From a bacterium (lineage in GTDB: Bacteria; Acidobacteriota; Aminicenantia; Aminicenantales; Aminicenantaceae), in assembly GCA_018335295.1 (NCBI GenBank), contig JAGXKI010000005.1, positions 20,658 through 84,657 of the forward strand: DNA of 64,000 bases, given 5' to 3'. Made by a program: the position numbers and the translations under genes. Shown one piece after another: positions 19,708 through 29,411 of the stretch; the first letter of the stretch is position 1; every line of letters begins with the position of its first letter. The notes beneath the pieces were generated by a model. The model made no database searches, was not told the DNA's origin, and was given only the letters and a program-made list of their open reading frames with translations.

Positions 19708-22026
19708 TCATGAGGATTTCTTTTTTTTGATCTCCATCTTGGCTCCAATATGTTCTTCCTCTTTAAATATCTGTGTCAACTCAAAAGTGTATTGTTTCTC
19801 TCTGTATAAAAAAGGCTCATTCTTACCTGAAGAAAAAAGATTTCCCTCCAATTTTTTTAAAAGTTGAGGGTGAAGGTAATATTTAACCTGGTCACCCAAT
19901 TTTATCTTTTCTATTCCCAAATCAGCAGCGTACTCTTGAGCGGTCTTATTGAAGTACCTGATCCTTCCTTTCCTGTCGAAAACAAATAGGCCCACCTCTC
20001 TATTTTCCAGAGAATCTTGCAAAGCCTTGTTGACTAAGAATAAATTCCGGTAGTGCTTCCACAGTTTGATCTCTCTGAAAGGAAATACCAGCCGGAGTCC
20101 AAACCAGTACAGGGATGCCATCACCAGTCTGGGAATCTTTCCCACTTTGCCCAAAAATGAAAAAATTTTATTTTTGAAAAGCTCCCATTCCTTTTGAGAA
20201 AGAGGACTTTTTTTGGAAATAGAGACATTCCCGTATTTATTGCAAACACTTAAAACTTTATCAAGCAACTCCTCATTGTAGACATGAATATGAAGGTGAT
20301 GATGAATGATGGAAAGAGGACTTTCTATAGGATTGGGTAAAGATTCCAGTTCTTTTACCAATTCTTCTTTTCTCTTTAATCCTTCTATGTTTATCTTCAA
20401 ACAAAAACCCGGATGTTTGGCTTCTTCCCTCTTGTAATCAAGGCCTGATTTTTGAACTTTTATCTTATCTCGAAATTCTTTCATTAAACCTTCGATTTCC
20501 ATTTCCTTTCCCAAAGCCATCAGCCAACCTTCCAGGATATCTACGAAACCCAAAGCCCCTGCATCCACGATTCTTTTCCTTCTGAGAATGGGGATCTCTT
20601 GAACCTCTGGGTTTAAAACTTCTTGGAGCGTTTTTTGATAAGATCTTTTTAGGATTTCGGCGATGTCTTCTTCATTTTCAATCGCTTTTTTAGCTTCCTC
20701 TGAAGAGACTCTCATGGCGCTGAGGATGGTGCCTTCTTTAGGGTTTCGAAAAGAGTGGTAGGCAGACCGAGTTCCTTTTTCCATGGCTTTGACAAAATCT
20801 TGAGCTTGGAGAGAGTTCAGGTTGTTTTCTGAAATATAGGCAGCAAAGCCGGAAACATATGCCGACATAGCTGTTCCTGAAAAACCAGTTCCGTCCTCTC
20901 TAATGCGGGAAGCAATCCTTTGAATGGTTTGACCAAGAGTGGAAAAGAGAAGGTCGGAAGTCAAATTGTGGAAAGAAAAAAGAAAATTTTTCCCCGTATC
21001 TCCATCGATAACAGGATATATATTCAGCCTGTTCAAGGTACTCATATTCTTCCTTAATTTCTTTTTAACACAAGTGAACATCTTCCAAAGCACAGCATTT
21101 TCTATCTTTCTATAACCAAATTTTCGAAGGGCTACAGAAAGGACATGAGGCCCTGTATGGCACCCCACAACTTTTCCCATCTGATGGGATGAAATCTCCC
21201 TTATTTGTCCATCAAATTCTTCTATGAACCGTTTTTCAATCTTCTGAGCATTAAGTCTGGTTTTTTCTCCCCCATAATTGATCCTTATGGATATTTTTTC
21301 TTTATAGCCGACTACTTTTTTAGCTTCAGAAAATATTTTATTTTCTACATTAACCTTGGGAGTAGTGGCCACAGGGATAGGATTTCCTTCTTTTAAGGTA
21401 ATGATCGAACTCAACCCTAAAAAGTCCGAAAGTATGGATCCCCATTTCTTAAGTCTCTTCACTCTCCCGCTTCGCCGAAGATACCTCAGTTTATAAATGG
21501 CCGCATATAAGTGGACTTTTTCTCTTGCTTTTTTAACATGATCGACTACTCCGGAGACTTTTTTTCCTTCTGCAGCTAATTCAGCTGCCTCTTTGGCAAT
21601 AAAGTACTGAGCGCTGAATGCCTGCTTGGAGTCAACCACTTCGATATGATTATTTAAATCAGCACTCACTCTTTCTGCAGCTCTCTCTACATTTTTGAAG
21701 ATTTTGCTGAATTGTTTGGGGAAAAGGACACAAACCACATCTGTGGATCCCCGAGAAGCCTCTCTGAGAAACTGCTCGCTTTTTTCCAAAGAAATCGCCC
21801 CTGTCGTGGGTAAATCCTTTTTTTTGACCTTTTGAAGATATCTAAAAAAAGAATCTTTACTTTTAAAAACACCCCTATCAGGATTTTCCTGACGGGAAGG
21901 AGAAATGATGACAGAATTTCCGTTTTTATCTATGACTTTAAAAGGGATGACGAAGACTTGCTTTTCCCTAACAAAAGTTTCTTCCAGCCCTGAAGCCTCC
22001 TCGGCTACAACCTTTACCCTAACCAT
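19708..22026 (-). CDS. Unusual multidomain protein: DegV-like (fatty-acid-binding, EDD fold) + DAK2 (DhaL-like) domain + ~250-aa C-terminal region with a PAS-like segment
   Basis: DegV signatures are IEVVDSKQAFSAQYFIAKEAAELAAEGK and RYLRRSGRV. DAK2 signatures are IYPVIDGDTGKNF, KEGTILSAMR and IVDAGALGFVDILEG. The C-terminal part is of unknown function. Confidence 0.6.
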   Translation of the reverse strand: MVRVKVVAEEASGLEETFVREKQVFVIPFKVIDKNGNSVIISPSRQENPDRGVFKSKDSFFRYLQKVKKKDLPTTGAISLEKSEQFLREASRGSTDVVCVLFPKQFSKIFKNVERAAERVSADLNNHIEVVDSKQAFSAQYFIAKEAAELAAEGKKVSGVVDHVKKAREKVHLYAAIYKLRYLRRSGRVKRLKKWGSILSDFLGLSSIITLKEGNPIPVATTPKVNVENKIFSEAKKVVGYKEKISIRINYGGEKTRLNAQKIEKRFIEEFDGQIREISSHQMGKVVGCHTGPHVLSVALRKFGYRKIENAVLWKMFTCVKKKLRKNMSTLNRLNIYPVIDGDTGKNFLFSFHNLTSDLLFSTLGQTIQRIASRIREDGTGFSGTAMSAYVSGFAAYISENNLNSLQAQDFVKAMEKGTRSAYHSFRNPKEGTILSAMRVSSEEAKKAIENEEDIAEILKRSYQKTLQEVLNPEVQEIPILRRKRIVDAGALGFVDILEGWLMALGKEMEIEGLMKEFRDKIKVQKSGLDYKREEAKHPGFCLKINIEGLKRKEELVKELESLPNPIESPLSIIHHHLHIHVYNEELLDKVLSVCNKYGNVSISKKSPLSQKEWELFKNKIFSFLGKVGKIPRLVMASLYWFGLRLVFPFREIKLWKHYRNLFLVNKALQDSLENREVGLFVFDRKGRIRYFNKTAQEYAADLGIEKIKLGDQVKYYLHPQLLKKLEGNLFSSGKNEPFLYREKQYTFELTQIFKEEEHIGAKMEIKKKKSS

Positions 22027-22066
22027 TTTGATTTTTATTATCTCATAAATGGATAAAAATAGTTAA

Positions 22067-22221
22067 CCTGAATTATTCATAAAAAGGCTGATTTCTAACT
22101 TAGATACAAGTAAGGAGTCCATGAAACTGACTTTCTTTACGTACGCCTTGAGAAATTCTCTTAACTCATTCATACTCTTTGTGTTATTTATACGTATAGG
22201 CCTTTTTATGAATAATTCAGG
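22067..22221. repeat. Perfect 22-bp inverted repeat pair flanking a 111-bp spacer in the divergent promoter region (MITE-like or operator/hairpin element)
   Basis: 22067-22088 CCTGAATTATTCATAAAAAGGC is the exact reverse complement of 22200-22221 GCCTTTTTATGAATAATTCAGG. Confidence 0.6.
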
Positions 22222-22251
22222 CTAAAAAAGGTTATGATAATAATTTAAAAA

Positions 22252-22998
22252 ATGATTATCCACAGGATAAAAAAGTATGTAAAAAACTCCTCCATTTCTT
22301 TCAAAGTTAAAGCGGTGCGAATCGGTCTAGGTTACACTGCAGTCAGTCTTGAAAGCGGAGCTACAGGAGTGACCTATACATTTTCTCCGCATTCTTCCCC
22401 AGGCTGTTCTCTTTTTAAGGGAAAACGCCCCCTTTCTGGGAAAAGGGCTTCAGAACTCCTTGCTTATTTGGGGTCCAAAGATCGAATTGAGTCCGCTTTG
22501 GGACTGGCCACAGTCAATGCTCTAGTGAATACAAAATCGGAGAAGACAGTCTCAGGAGATATTCTCAAATTTTTGACTATTCAACCCGGTGAAAAAATGG
22601 TTATGGTGGGTTATTTTGCTCCTTTGATCCAGCCTCTTAAAGAAAAAGGGGTCAACCTGACTGTGTTTGATGAAAAAGAAAATCGGGATCTAGGGATCCT
22701 TCCTTATCAAAAATCATCCCAATACCTGCAAACCTGTAACACAGCTTTGATTAGCTCCACCAGCATCATCAATCACACCATTGATCCCCTTCTCGATTGT
22801 GTTCAAAATTGTCCTCAAGTGATCCTTCTCGGAGCTTCTACTCCCCTTATTCCACAGATCTTCGAGGATACTCCGGTCGATTATTTGGCAGGAATCCTGG
22901 TGACTCATCCCCAAGAGGTTCTCAAGGTTGTTAGTGAAGCCGGGGGAATGGGATTTTTTAAACCTTATGTCCAAAAGGTTAGGGTTCGGGTGGAATGA
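22252..22998 (+). CDS. Hypothetical protein, possibly DUF4213/DUF364 (Rossmann-like putative metal-chelation) family
   Basis: 248 aa with no TM segments. The overall pattern resembles DUF4213+DUF364 proteins, but the assignment is weak. Confidence 0.3.
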   Translation: MIIHRIKKYVKNSSISFKVKAVRIGLGYTAVSLESGATGVTYTFSPHSSPGCSLFKGKRPLSGKRASELLAYLGSKDRIESALGLATVNALVNTKSEKTVSGDILKFLTIQPGEKMVMVGYFAPLIQPLKEKGVNLTVFDEKENRDLGILPYQKSSQYLQTCNTALISSTSIINHTIDPLLDCVQNCPQVILLGASTPLIPQIFEDTPVDYLAGILVTHPQEVLKVVSEAGGMGFFKPYVQKVRVRVE

Positions 22999-23046
22999 AT
23001 CACCCTAATCTCTCTTGTCCTTCCTCCTTCCCCCATCCTCTTTGAA

Positions 23047-26000
23047 TTAATTTTTCTGCGACTCTATCTTTTCCAGCAATTTCTCTACTGCTCTCTTCAG
23101 CTGTTCATCCTTACCTTCAGCCTTACTGTCCGGATCGTTGTGAACAATAATATCAGGGACAGCAGGCCCGTGTTCCATGTTTTTGTCAGTGGCCTTGACA
23201 TACCAGGCCCGAAAGGGAACTCTCACATAAGATCCATCCATAAGCCCCTTTCCTCCGGTAGAAATGACAGCTCCAAAAGTAGGAGTTCCCACGAGGGTTC
23301 CGATTTCTAGAGTTTTATATGCATGAGAGAAAATTTCGGCGTTAGAGTAACTGTTGGCATTGCATATAGCTATAGACGGTTTGGTCCAGGGATAAAAGGG
23401 AAGTCTTTCAGCAAAGGGATAATAGTCTCTGAATTTTTTATGTTCCTTCTCCAAATCTTCCGCGGCCCCTCGAGGAATGGTATAGGAATGCTGATCAACA
23501 TTCAACACAGCCATCAAGTAATCGGTAGTCCATCCGCCCCCGTTGAAACGAACGTCGATCACGATACCTTCCTTCTTTTCTCCCACAGCTGTAAGCTCCC
23601 TTTCGAAACGCTCGAAACTCCTCATATTCATCCCCTGAATGTGCAGGTAGCCAAGTCGACCATCGGAATATTTTTCGGTAAGTCTCCGTCTTTCATCCAC
23701 CCATTCATTGTAAAGTTCTGAACGTAAATTTGAAGTGGGTCGGATAACCACCTCTCGCCTCTCCCCTTTTTTGCCTTCAACCTCAAGGATCACCTTTTGA
23801 GAATCCGTATTGGTTAAACGGGAATAAAAATTGACCTCTTGATTCACTTTTTCTCCCTCTACAGAAACGATCAGATCTCCTTTGTACAACCGGCTTTTCT
23901 CTCTGGAAGCCGGGGACTCGGGAATGACTCGCTTCACCCGCATTCCTTTTTCTTCTGGAACAATTTCAACTCCCAACAAACCAGTTGTTTCCTTCTGAGT
24001 TTCAGACCGGTCGGGACCATACAAACCCATATGACTTGAATTCAATTTACCCAGCATGATATTGAACATATCCCGGAAATCCTTATTGGTGGAAGCCTTC
24101 ATGGTCCACCCTTTGTATTTCTTTTTTAAAGCCAACCAATCTTCACCGTGAAAATCGGGGTCATAGAACCGTTTCTTAAGAGTGCGCCAGGCTTCTTCAA
24201 ATATCTGCTCACGTTCTTGGGGATGGTTTAGGCTCATTTTAGCCTTAAACGGCAAAGATTCCATTTTTTTACTCTGTGTTTCAATCCGAGCTAACCGTCC
24301 TTTCCTCAATAAATACAGGTGTTTTCCTTGAGGACCCAAGGTCACAGCATAGGGGTTCTGCCCGCCTTTAGTGAGGGCCTGGGTTTCTGTCCCATCCCAT
24401 TTGATACTGTACAAGTCCCGCCCATCACTGGTGTTGCTTCGAGCTACAAAATAAAAGGTCTTTCCATCTTTTGAAATCTCCAGATTGGATTCATTCCCAG
24501 GCAAAGAAGTCACCTGTTCCAAACGTTCATGAATATTCTTTAAATCGATCTCAAGAGGTTTGACCTTTTCCTTCTCTTTCTTTTTCTCTTTTTCTTCCTT
24601 TTCCTCCTTTTCTTCTTTCCAATCCCGTTGGGTCTTTTCCCAGTCCTCTTCTCTCAGCCAAGCAAACCAAATGTCGTTGTTCCGGTTGTTTCGAGCAGAA
24701 ATAAAGGCCAATTTGGAACCATCTCGACTCCAAACAGGATATACATCTCCCCGCGGGTGCATACTCACATTTACCGGACCTTTACTGTTATCCGCCGCAT
24801 GAATATAAATTTCACTGTTGAAGTTGAGGTCGTCCAATGAATAGGCCAACCATTGACTGTCTGGACTCCAGGTCACATGCCCGGGTTCAGCCCACCCCTT
24901 AAGGAGGGTCGTTTCATCGATGATTTTGCCTTCAGCCGAAATGTCGGCCACAATCAACCGGCTTCCATCCCGAAGAAAAGTAATCTTTTTCCCGTCCGGA
25001 GAAACCAATGGATGGGTTTCATTCTCTTTGGTTTCAGTCAAACGGATCGTTTGGTGTTTTAAACTTTCAAATATATCGGGTTCATCCTCCTCGGCTGATT
25101 GAACTAAATAAAGGTCATACTGACCTTTTCTATCAGAGGCAAAGATGAGTTTTTTTTCGTCTATCCATGTAGAGTTCATATCTCGGTATGAATGCTTACT
25201 CAGATTCACGGTTCGTTTATACTCTTTATCGTTTTCTTTTACAAAAACCTCTCCTCTGATGATCAGAGCGGAATATTTACCCTCTGGAGAAACCGCATAA
25301 TCCCGGACATTTTTAGTGAAGGTTTTATACTCAACGGGATAATAACGATAATCGGCTCCCAGCTGTATATCCACTTTATGGAGCTCTCCTCTGTTTGTAT
25401 TCAAAGTATAAAGGTCTATCTTTCTTTCCATTACTAAGAGGTTCCCTCGTTCGCTTACATCATAGTACCGAACTCCATCGTCTTTAAAATTAGTGAGCGG
25501 CTCCGGCTCCCCCACAATTTTTCCTTCCTTATCCATACTCAAACGGTAGATATTGTATTTTCCGGAAGCAGCGCTTATGTAGTACAAGGTCTGTGAATCT
25601 CCCCACTTTGGAAGATAATCCTGCCCCTTATAGTCGGTAATCTGAATATATTCCTCTTCTTCAATATCATACAGCCAAATATTTCGGTTCGCCGGCCCCT
25701 GATATTCTTCCCGAGTGATGCGGCAGGAACCTCTAACAAAGGCTATAAATCTTCCATCGGGAGATAAGGTGGGGTTAGATCCTAAAGCATCCAGTACTCG
25801 GACCGGAGTTCCTCCTTCCACGGAAACAGAATGAATCTCAGGTTCCCATTCTACCTGCTGAAATGTTCGGCGGGTGGTAAACAATAGATTTTTATTAGAA
25901 GTCCAATCACTCAACTGATCCCCTGTGGAATGGTGAGTCAATCTCTGGGGAGTTCCTCCGCCGGAGGGAATAAGGAAAAGGTCATTGTTACCGTAGCGGT

Positions 26001-26274
26001 TACTGGAAAAAGCAATCCTTTGACCATCCGGGCTCCATCGGGGATAACTTTCATAGGCTTCATGCAGGGTCAGTCTTACAGCTCTCCCTCCTGAAGAAGG
26101 TACAATCCAAATGTCTCCTTGGTAGGAAAAAGCAATCTTGGAGCCGTCTGGATTTAATGAGGGATAACGGACAAATAAAGAACCCTCCTTTCCATAAACC
26201 ATCGGTGATAAAACAACCAATACAAAAATAACCAAAGAAATCAAAGCCATTCGGTGGCCCTTTTGATTTTTCAT
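23047..26274 (-). CDS. Tricorn protease homolog (TolB-like beta-propellers + PDZ + S41 C-terminal peptidase), secreted, with a K/E-rich low-complexity insertion
   Basis: 1075 aa with a signal peptide. Repeated SPDG/WSPDG propeller motifs are present. The PDZ-like segment and the C-terminal S41 region resemble tricorn core. An internal KEEKEEKEEKEKKKEKEK insertion is present. Confidence 0.7.
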   Translation of the reverse strand: MKNQKGHRMALISLVIFVLVVLSPMVYGKEGSLFVRYPSLNPDGSKIAFSYQGDIWIVPSSGGRAVRLTLHEAYESYPRWSPDGQRIAFSSNRYGNNDLFLIPSGGGTPQRLTHHSTGDQLSDWTSNKNLLFTTRRTFQQVEWEPEIHSVSVEGGTPVRVLDALGSNPTLSPDGRFIAFVRGSCRITREEYQGPANRNIWLYDIEEEEYIQITDYKGQDYLPKWGDSQTLYYISAASGKYNIYRLSMDKEGKIVGEPEPLTNFKDDGVRYYDVSERGNLLVMERKIDLYTLNTNRGELHKVDIQLGADYRYYPVEYKTFTKNVRDYAVSPEGKYSALIIRGEVFVKENDKEYKRTVNLSKHSYRDMNSTWIDEKKLIFASDRKGQYDLYLVQSAEEDEPDIFESLKHQTIRLTETKENETHPLVSPDGKKITFLRDGSRLIVADISAEGKIIDETTLLKGWAEPGHVTWSPDSQWLAYSLDDLNFNSEIYIHAADNSKGPVNVSMHPRGDVYPVWSRDGSKLAFISARNNRNNDIWFAWLREEDWEKTQRDWKEEKEEKEEKEKKKEKEKVKPLEIDLKNIHERLEQVTSLPGNESNLEISKDGKTFYFVARSNTSDGRDLYSIKWDGTETQALTKGGQNPYAVTLGPQGKHLYLLRKGRLARIETQSKKMESLPFKAKMSLNHPQEREQIFEEAWRTLKKRFYDPDFHGEDWLALKKKYKGWTMKASTNKDFRDMFNIMLGKLNSSHMGLYGPDRSETQKETTGLLGVEIVPEEKGMRVKRVIPESPASREKSRLYKGDLIVSVEGEKVNQEVNFYSRLTNTDSQKVILEVEGKKGERREVVIRPTSNLRSELYNEWVDERRRLTEKYSDGRLGYLHIQGMNMRSFERFERELTAVGEKKEGIVIDVRFNGGGWTTDYLMAVLNVDQHSYTIPRGAAEDLEKEHKKFRDYYPFAERLPFYPWTKPSIAICNANSYSNAEIFSHAYKTLEIGTLVGTPTFGAVISTGGKGLMDGSYVRVPFRAWYVKATDKNMEHGPAVPDIIVHNDPDSKAEGKDEQLKRAVEKLLEKIESQKN

Positions 26275-26420
26275 GATCCCATCCTTTCTTTTTTTTCTCT
26301 CGTGAATACTGAGGAATTATGATAAAAATCAAACTCGAGAAAATCCATTTTCCCCTATTTTATGATATTTAATCTCGGATTAACAAGTGATTATCAGATC
26401 AAAAATACGGATAAAAAGTC

Positions 26421-26786
26421 TCAATGAGAATTTTCCTCAGAAGCTCCATAAAGGTGGCCGATAAGAGTTATATATTCAGCGGGCATGGCTTGTTCAAACT
26501 CCACTCCTATCTCGTAGAAATCCTTATGATGCGCCCTCACCCATTTAACCCTTCCTCTCATAACCAAGGTCTTTCGTGATTTAGATAATGTCAATTTCAT
26601 CCTTAACAGAGAGTCCACCGAAAAGGACACATCACTCTGGAGCCTTAACCCATTTAAAGAAATATCCTTAGTGAAAGCATAGCTCTGTTTTGTTGTTGAG
26701 GTATGATTTTTACCAGAAAAGGCCTCTATCTCTACCCTGTTTTCCTCTTTTCTTCTCTTCTGTTTTCTTCGGTCTTCCTTTTGCAT
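26421..26786 (-). CDS. PilZ domain protein (c-di-GMP receptor)
   Basis: RRKEENR (RxxxR) and DISLNG (D/NxSxxG) motifs sit at canonical spacing. It is 121 aa and lies directly upstream of the tricorn-like protease. Confidence 0.6.
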   Translation of the reverse strand: MQKEDRRKQKRRKEENRVEIEAFSGKNHTSTTKQSYAFTKDISLNGLRLQSDVSFSVDSLLRMKLTLSKSRKTLVMRGRVKWVRAHHKDFYEIGVEFEQAMPAEYITLIGHLYGASEENSH

Positions 26787-26991
26787 TTCAACTCCCTTTA
26801 TCCAAAAATCTCCCCTCCAAAATAGAGTGAATTCAAATTTTTCCTCAAAGCTGACTTGTCAATATAAAAAAAACCCCCTTTTTTGTCAAAATAAATCAAA
26901 GATAGGAGTTCCCCCAAAAATTAAGCGAAAAAGCCCATAATTTCTTTTATTTCTGATAATTATCTAAAATCCCAAGTGGAATCCTAAAAAA

Positions 26992-28048
26992 ATGGGGGAA
27001 CTTTTAACACTTTTTGAGCTAAAATGGGGCCTCACAAAGCCAAGCTTTCAAAGCTTTTGCCTAAAGATTTTACCCAAGAGGCCCCAAATGCATTATGCCA
27101 AAATCGCTTCCAAATTGCGAGAGAAAATTATCCAATTTTCGGGAGAACTTTCTCCAGGTTGGCCCAAAGTGGTGCGGCGTTTCCTCGCTGAGAGTCTCTA
27201 CGGCATTCAGGCGCGTCAATCTGTCCGTCTGACAGAGGTGGCCCGTGCGCTTGAGGAGAAGATTCCTTTACGAAAAACTCAGTATCGGTTGTGCCGTCAG
27301 TTAGGCCGTTGGGGACTTTGGTCCAAGCTCACCCATTCTTTACTGCGGATGGGTTCTTCTCGGGTCCAAGAGAAGACTCTTTTGGTAATGGATATCTCTG
27401 ATGTCGCAAAAAGGTATGCGCAGAAGATGGAATACATGGCCCGAGTGTGGGATGGCAGTGAGGGAGCAGTGGCCCATGGGTATTGGACATGTCATGTGGT
27501 GGGAGCTGAGGTGGGAGAGATGGCTCTCACGCCTCTTTACAGTCGTCTTTTCTCCCAGAGAGGACCTGATTTTCGGAGTGAAAATGCCGAAATTTGTAAA
27601 GCCATATCTCTGGTCTCCAAGTCTACACAAAAAGGAGGTATCTGAGTCTTAGACCGGGGTGGAGACAACAGAGAAATTATCAATCACTTCTTGGGTGAGA
27701 AGTTGGGGTTTATTCTTCGCTCCAAAGGCCAGCGTCATCTGATTTACAGGGGAAAGAAGGATTCGGTAAAATCGGCTTCTCACCTACCGCCGCCTTCAGA
27801 ATATGATGGCCTTGGTTTTGGCTCTCTCCTATTTTGCTATGGTTTACCTGGGAATGAAGACGAAATTGAGAGTGTTAGCCCGCCATGTTCTCACAGCAAC
27901 CCGGCGGTTGTTCGGAATCCCTGATTTTCGCTTCTATGCCCTATCCGATGGGATTCGCGAACTCCTTTTTAAACGTCAGAAAGGCTTAGAGAGCTTCACG
28001 AAAATGGTGAAATCGGAAACTTCCCAACTGAAACTCTTTGACCCTTAA
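26992..28048 (+). pseudogene. Transposase pseudogene (nonsense + frameshift)
   Basis: Same region as the mobile element above. Other genes in the window terminate with TGA, so TGA is a genuine stop codon here. Confidence 0.55.
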
Positions 28049-28065
28049 AATTTTTGGGGGAACTT
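26992..28065 (+). mobile_element. Decayed insertion sequence: DDE transposase (IS4/IS701-like) disrupted by an in-frame TGA and a frameshift; the segment is GC-rich relative to its flanks
   Basis: ORFs 26992-27645 and 27691-27924 are in the same frame, separated only by TGA at 27643-27645, directly before a VLDRGGD (DDE-like) motif. A third piece, 27803-28048, lies in another frame. Local GC is roughly 50-55% against ~42% background. An 11-bp direct repeat TGGGGGAACTT occurs at 26993-27003 and 28055-28065. Confidence 0.55.
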
Positions 28066-28151
28066 CAAATATTTTTTTTATTGATTTCGAATAAATAGGT
28101 GTTTATCCTGTAAAGTTCACAATAGGTCAAACATAAAAAAAGGAGGACCGC

Positions 28152-29411
28152 ATGAGGAAAAAGCTTTCATTGTTTTTAGCCATTCTGTTTCTCTTTGTTA
28201 CAACCAGCTTAGCTCAAAACCTGGTGCTCAAAGGAGGAACCATCCTGACCATCACTCAAGGGACCATCAAAAACGGAACTATAGTCATCGAAGACGGAAA
28301 GATTGCAAATGTAGGAAAAGATATCCCCATTCCCCCAGGAATTAAGGTTATCGATGTCTCAGGCAAGTATGTTATGCCCGGAATTATTGATTCTCATACC
28401 CATATTGCTCTCACCGATGTGAATGAAGCCACGGATCCTGTCACCCCTCAGATCTGGATGAAAGAAGCTTTGGAGCCCTCCGATGATTCCCTATTGAAGA
28501 CTCTGTCCGGAGGAGTAACTACGGTGAAAACCATGCACGGAAGCGCCAATGTGATCGGAGGAGTCAATGTCACTATAAAACTCAAGTACAACCGCCCTGT
28601 TGAAGAACTGATTGTGGATGATGTCCGCCAGCAGCTCAAAATGGCATTGGGAGAAAACCCCAAACGCCTCTATGGGGAAAGAAAGAACCAGATTCCTTCC
28701 ACCCGAATGGGAAACGCTCACGTGATGCGCAAGGCCTTCCTGAAAGCCAAAGAATACAAAGAAAAATGGGAGAAATACAAAAAAGCCAAAAAGGAAGGAA
28801 AAGAAGATCTCTCCAAGCCTAAAAAAGATTTAAAGATGGAAACTCTCAAAATGGTGCTTGAGAAGGATCTGGCCATCGACTGCCATGTGTACAGGGCTGA
28901 TGAAATCGTCTGGGTTATCAATTTCTGCCAGAAGCATGATCTTCCACTTAAACAGCTTAGCCACTGTGTGGATGGTTATAAAGTAGCCGACGTCCTGGCC
29001 GAATCTGGGGTCTCCTATGGAGGCTGGATTGATTGGTGGGGATTCAAAGAAGAAGCCTACGATGGATGTCCCTATGGATACGAAATCATGTATGATGCCG
29101 GAACCAATATTGTGATCAATTCAGACAGTCTAACAGAGGGCCGCTTTCTGTTTTTAAATGCCGCCAAGGTGCTCAAATACAACGATATCCCTAAAAATGA
29201 AGTGCTGAAGATGATCACTCTGAACCCGGCTGAGGCCTTGGAAATGGAAGACCGTGTGGGAAGTATCGAAGTGGGAAAAGACGGAGATATCGCTGTTTTC
29301 GATAAATATCCTTTAAATTCCACAACTAAATGTTTGATGACCATCATCGAAGGAGAAATCTTTTTCGATTATGAAAAAGACAGCGTCACCGCTGGAAGGA
29401 GGGCTCAATGA
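28152..29411 (+). CDS. Secreted amidohydrolase-family metallohydrolase
   Basis: Signal peptide, then GIIDSHTHIAL (HxH metal motif) and further His/Asp ligands such as DCHVY. 419 aa. Confidence 0.75.
   Translation: MRKKLSLFLAILFLFVTTSLAQNLVLKGGTILTITQGTIKNGTIVIEDGKIANVGKDIPIPPGIKVIDVSGKYVMPGIIDSHTHIALTDVNEATDPVTPQIWMKEALEPSDDSLLKTLSGGVTTVKTMHGSANVIGGVNVTIKLKYNRPVEELIVDDVRQQLKMALGENPKRLYGERKNQIPSTRMGNAHVMRKAFLKAKEYKEKWEKYKKAKKEGKEDLSKPKKDLKMETLKMVLEKDLAIDCHVYRADEIVWVINFCQKHDLPLKQLSHCVDGYKVADVLAESGVSYGGWIDWWGFKEEAYDGCPYGYEIMYDAGTNIVINSDSLTEGRFLFLNAAKVLKYNDIPKNEVLKMITLNPAEALEMEDRVGSIEVGKDGDIAVFDKYPLNSTTKCLMTIIEGEIFFDYEKDSVTAGRRAQ

Noticed and set aside
27004-28054. Searched for terminal inverted repeats of the IS element just inside the 11-bp direct repeats
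   Set aside because: The ends do not form convincing inverted repeats. The element is probably truncated or rearranged, so its exact boundaries are left open.
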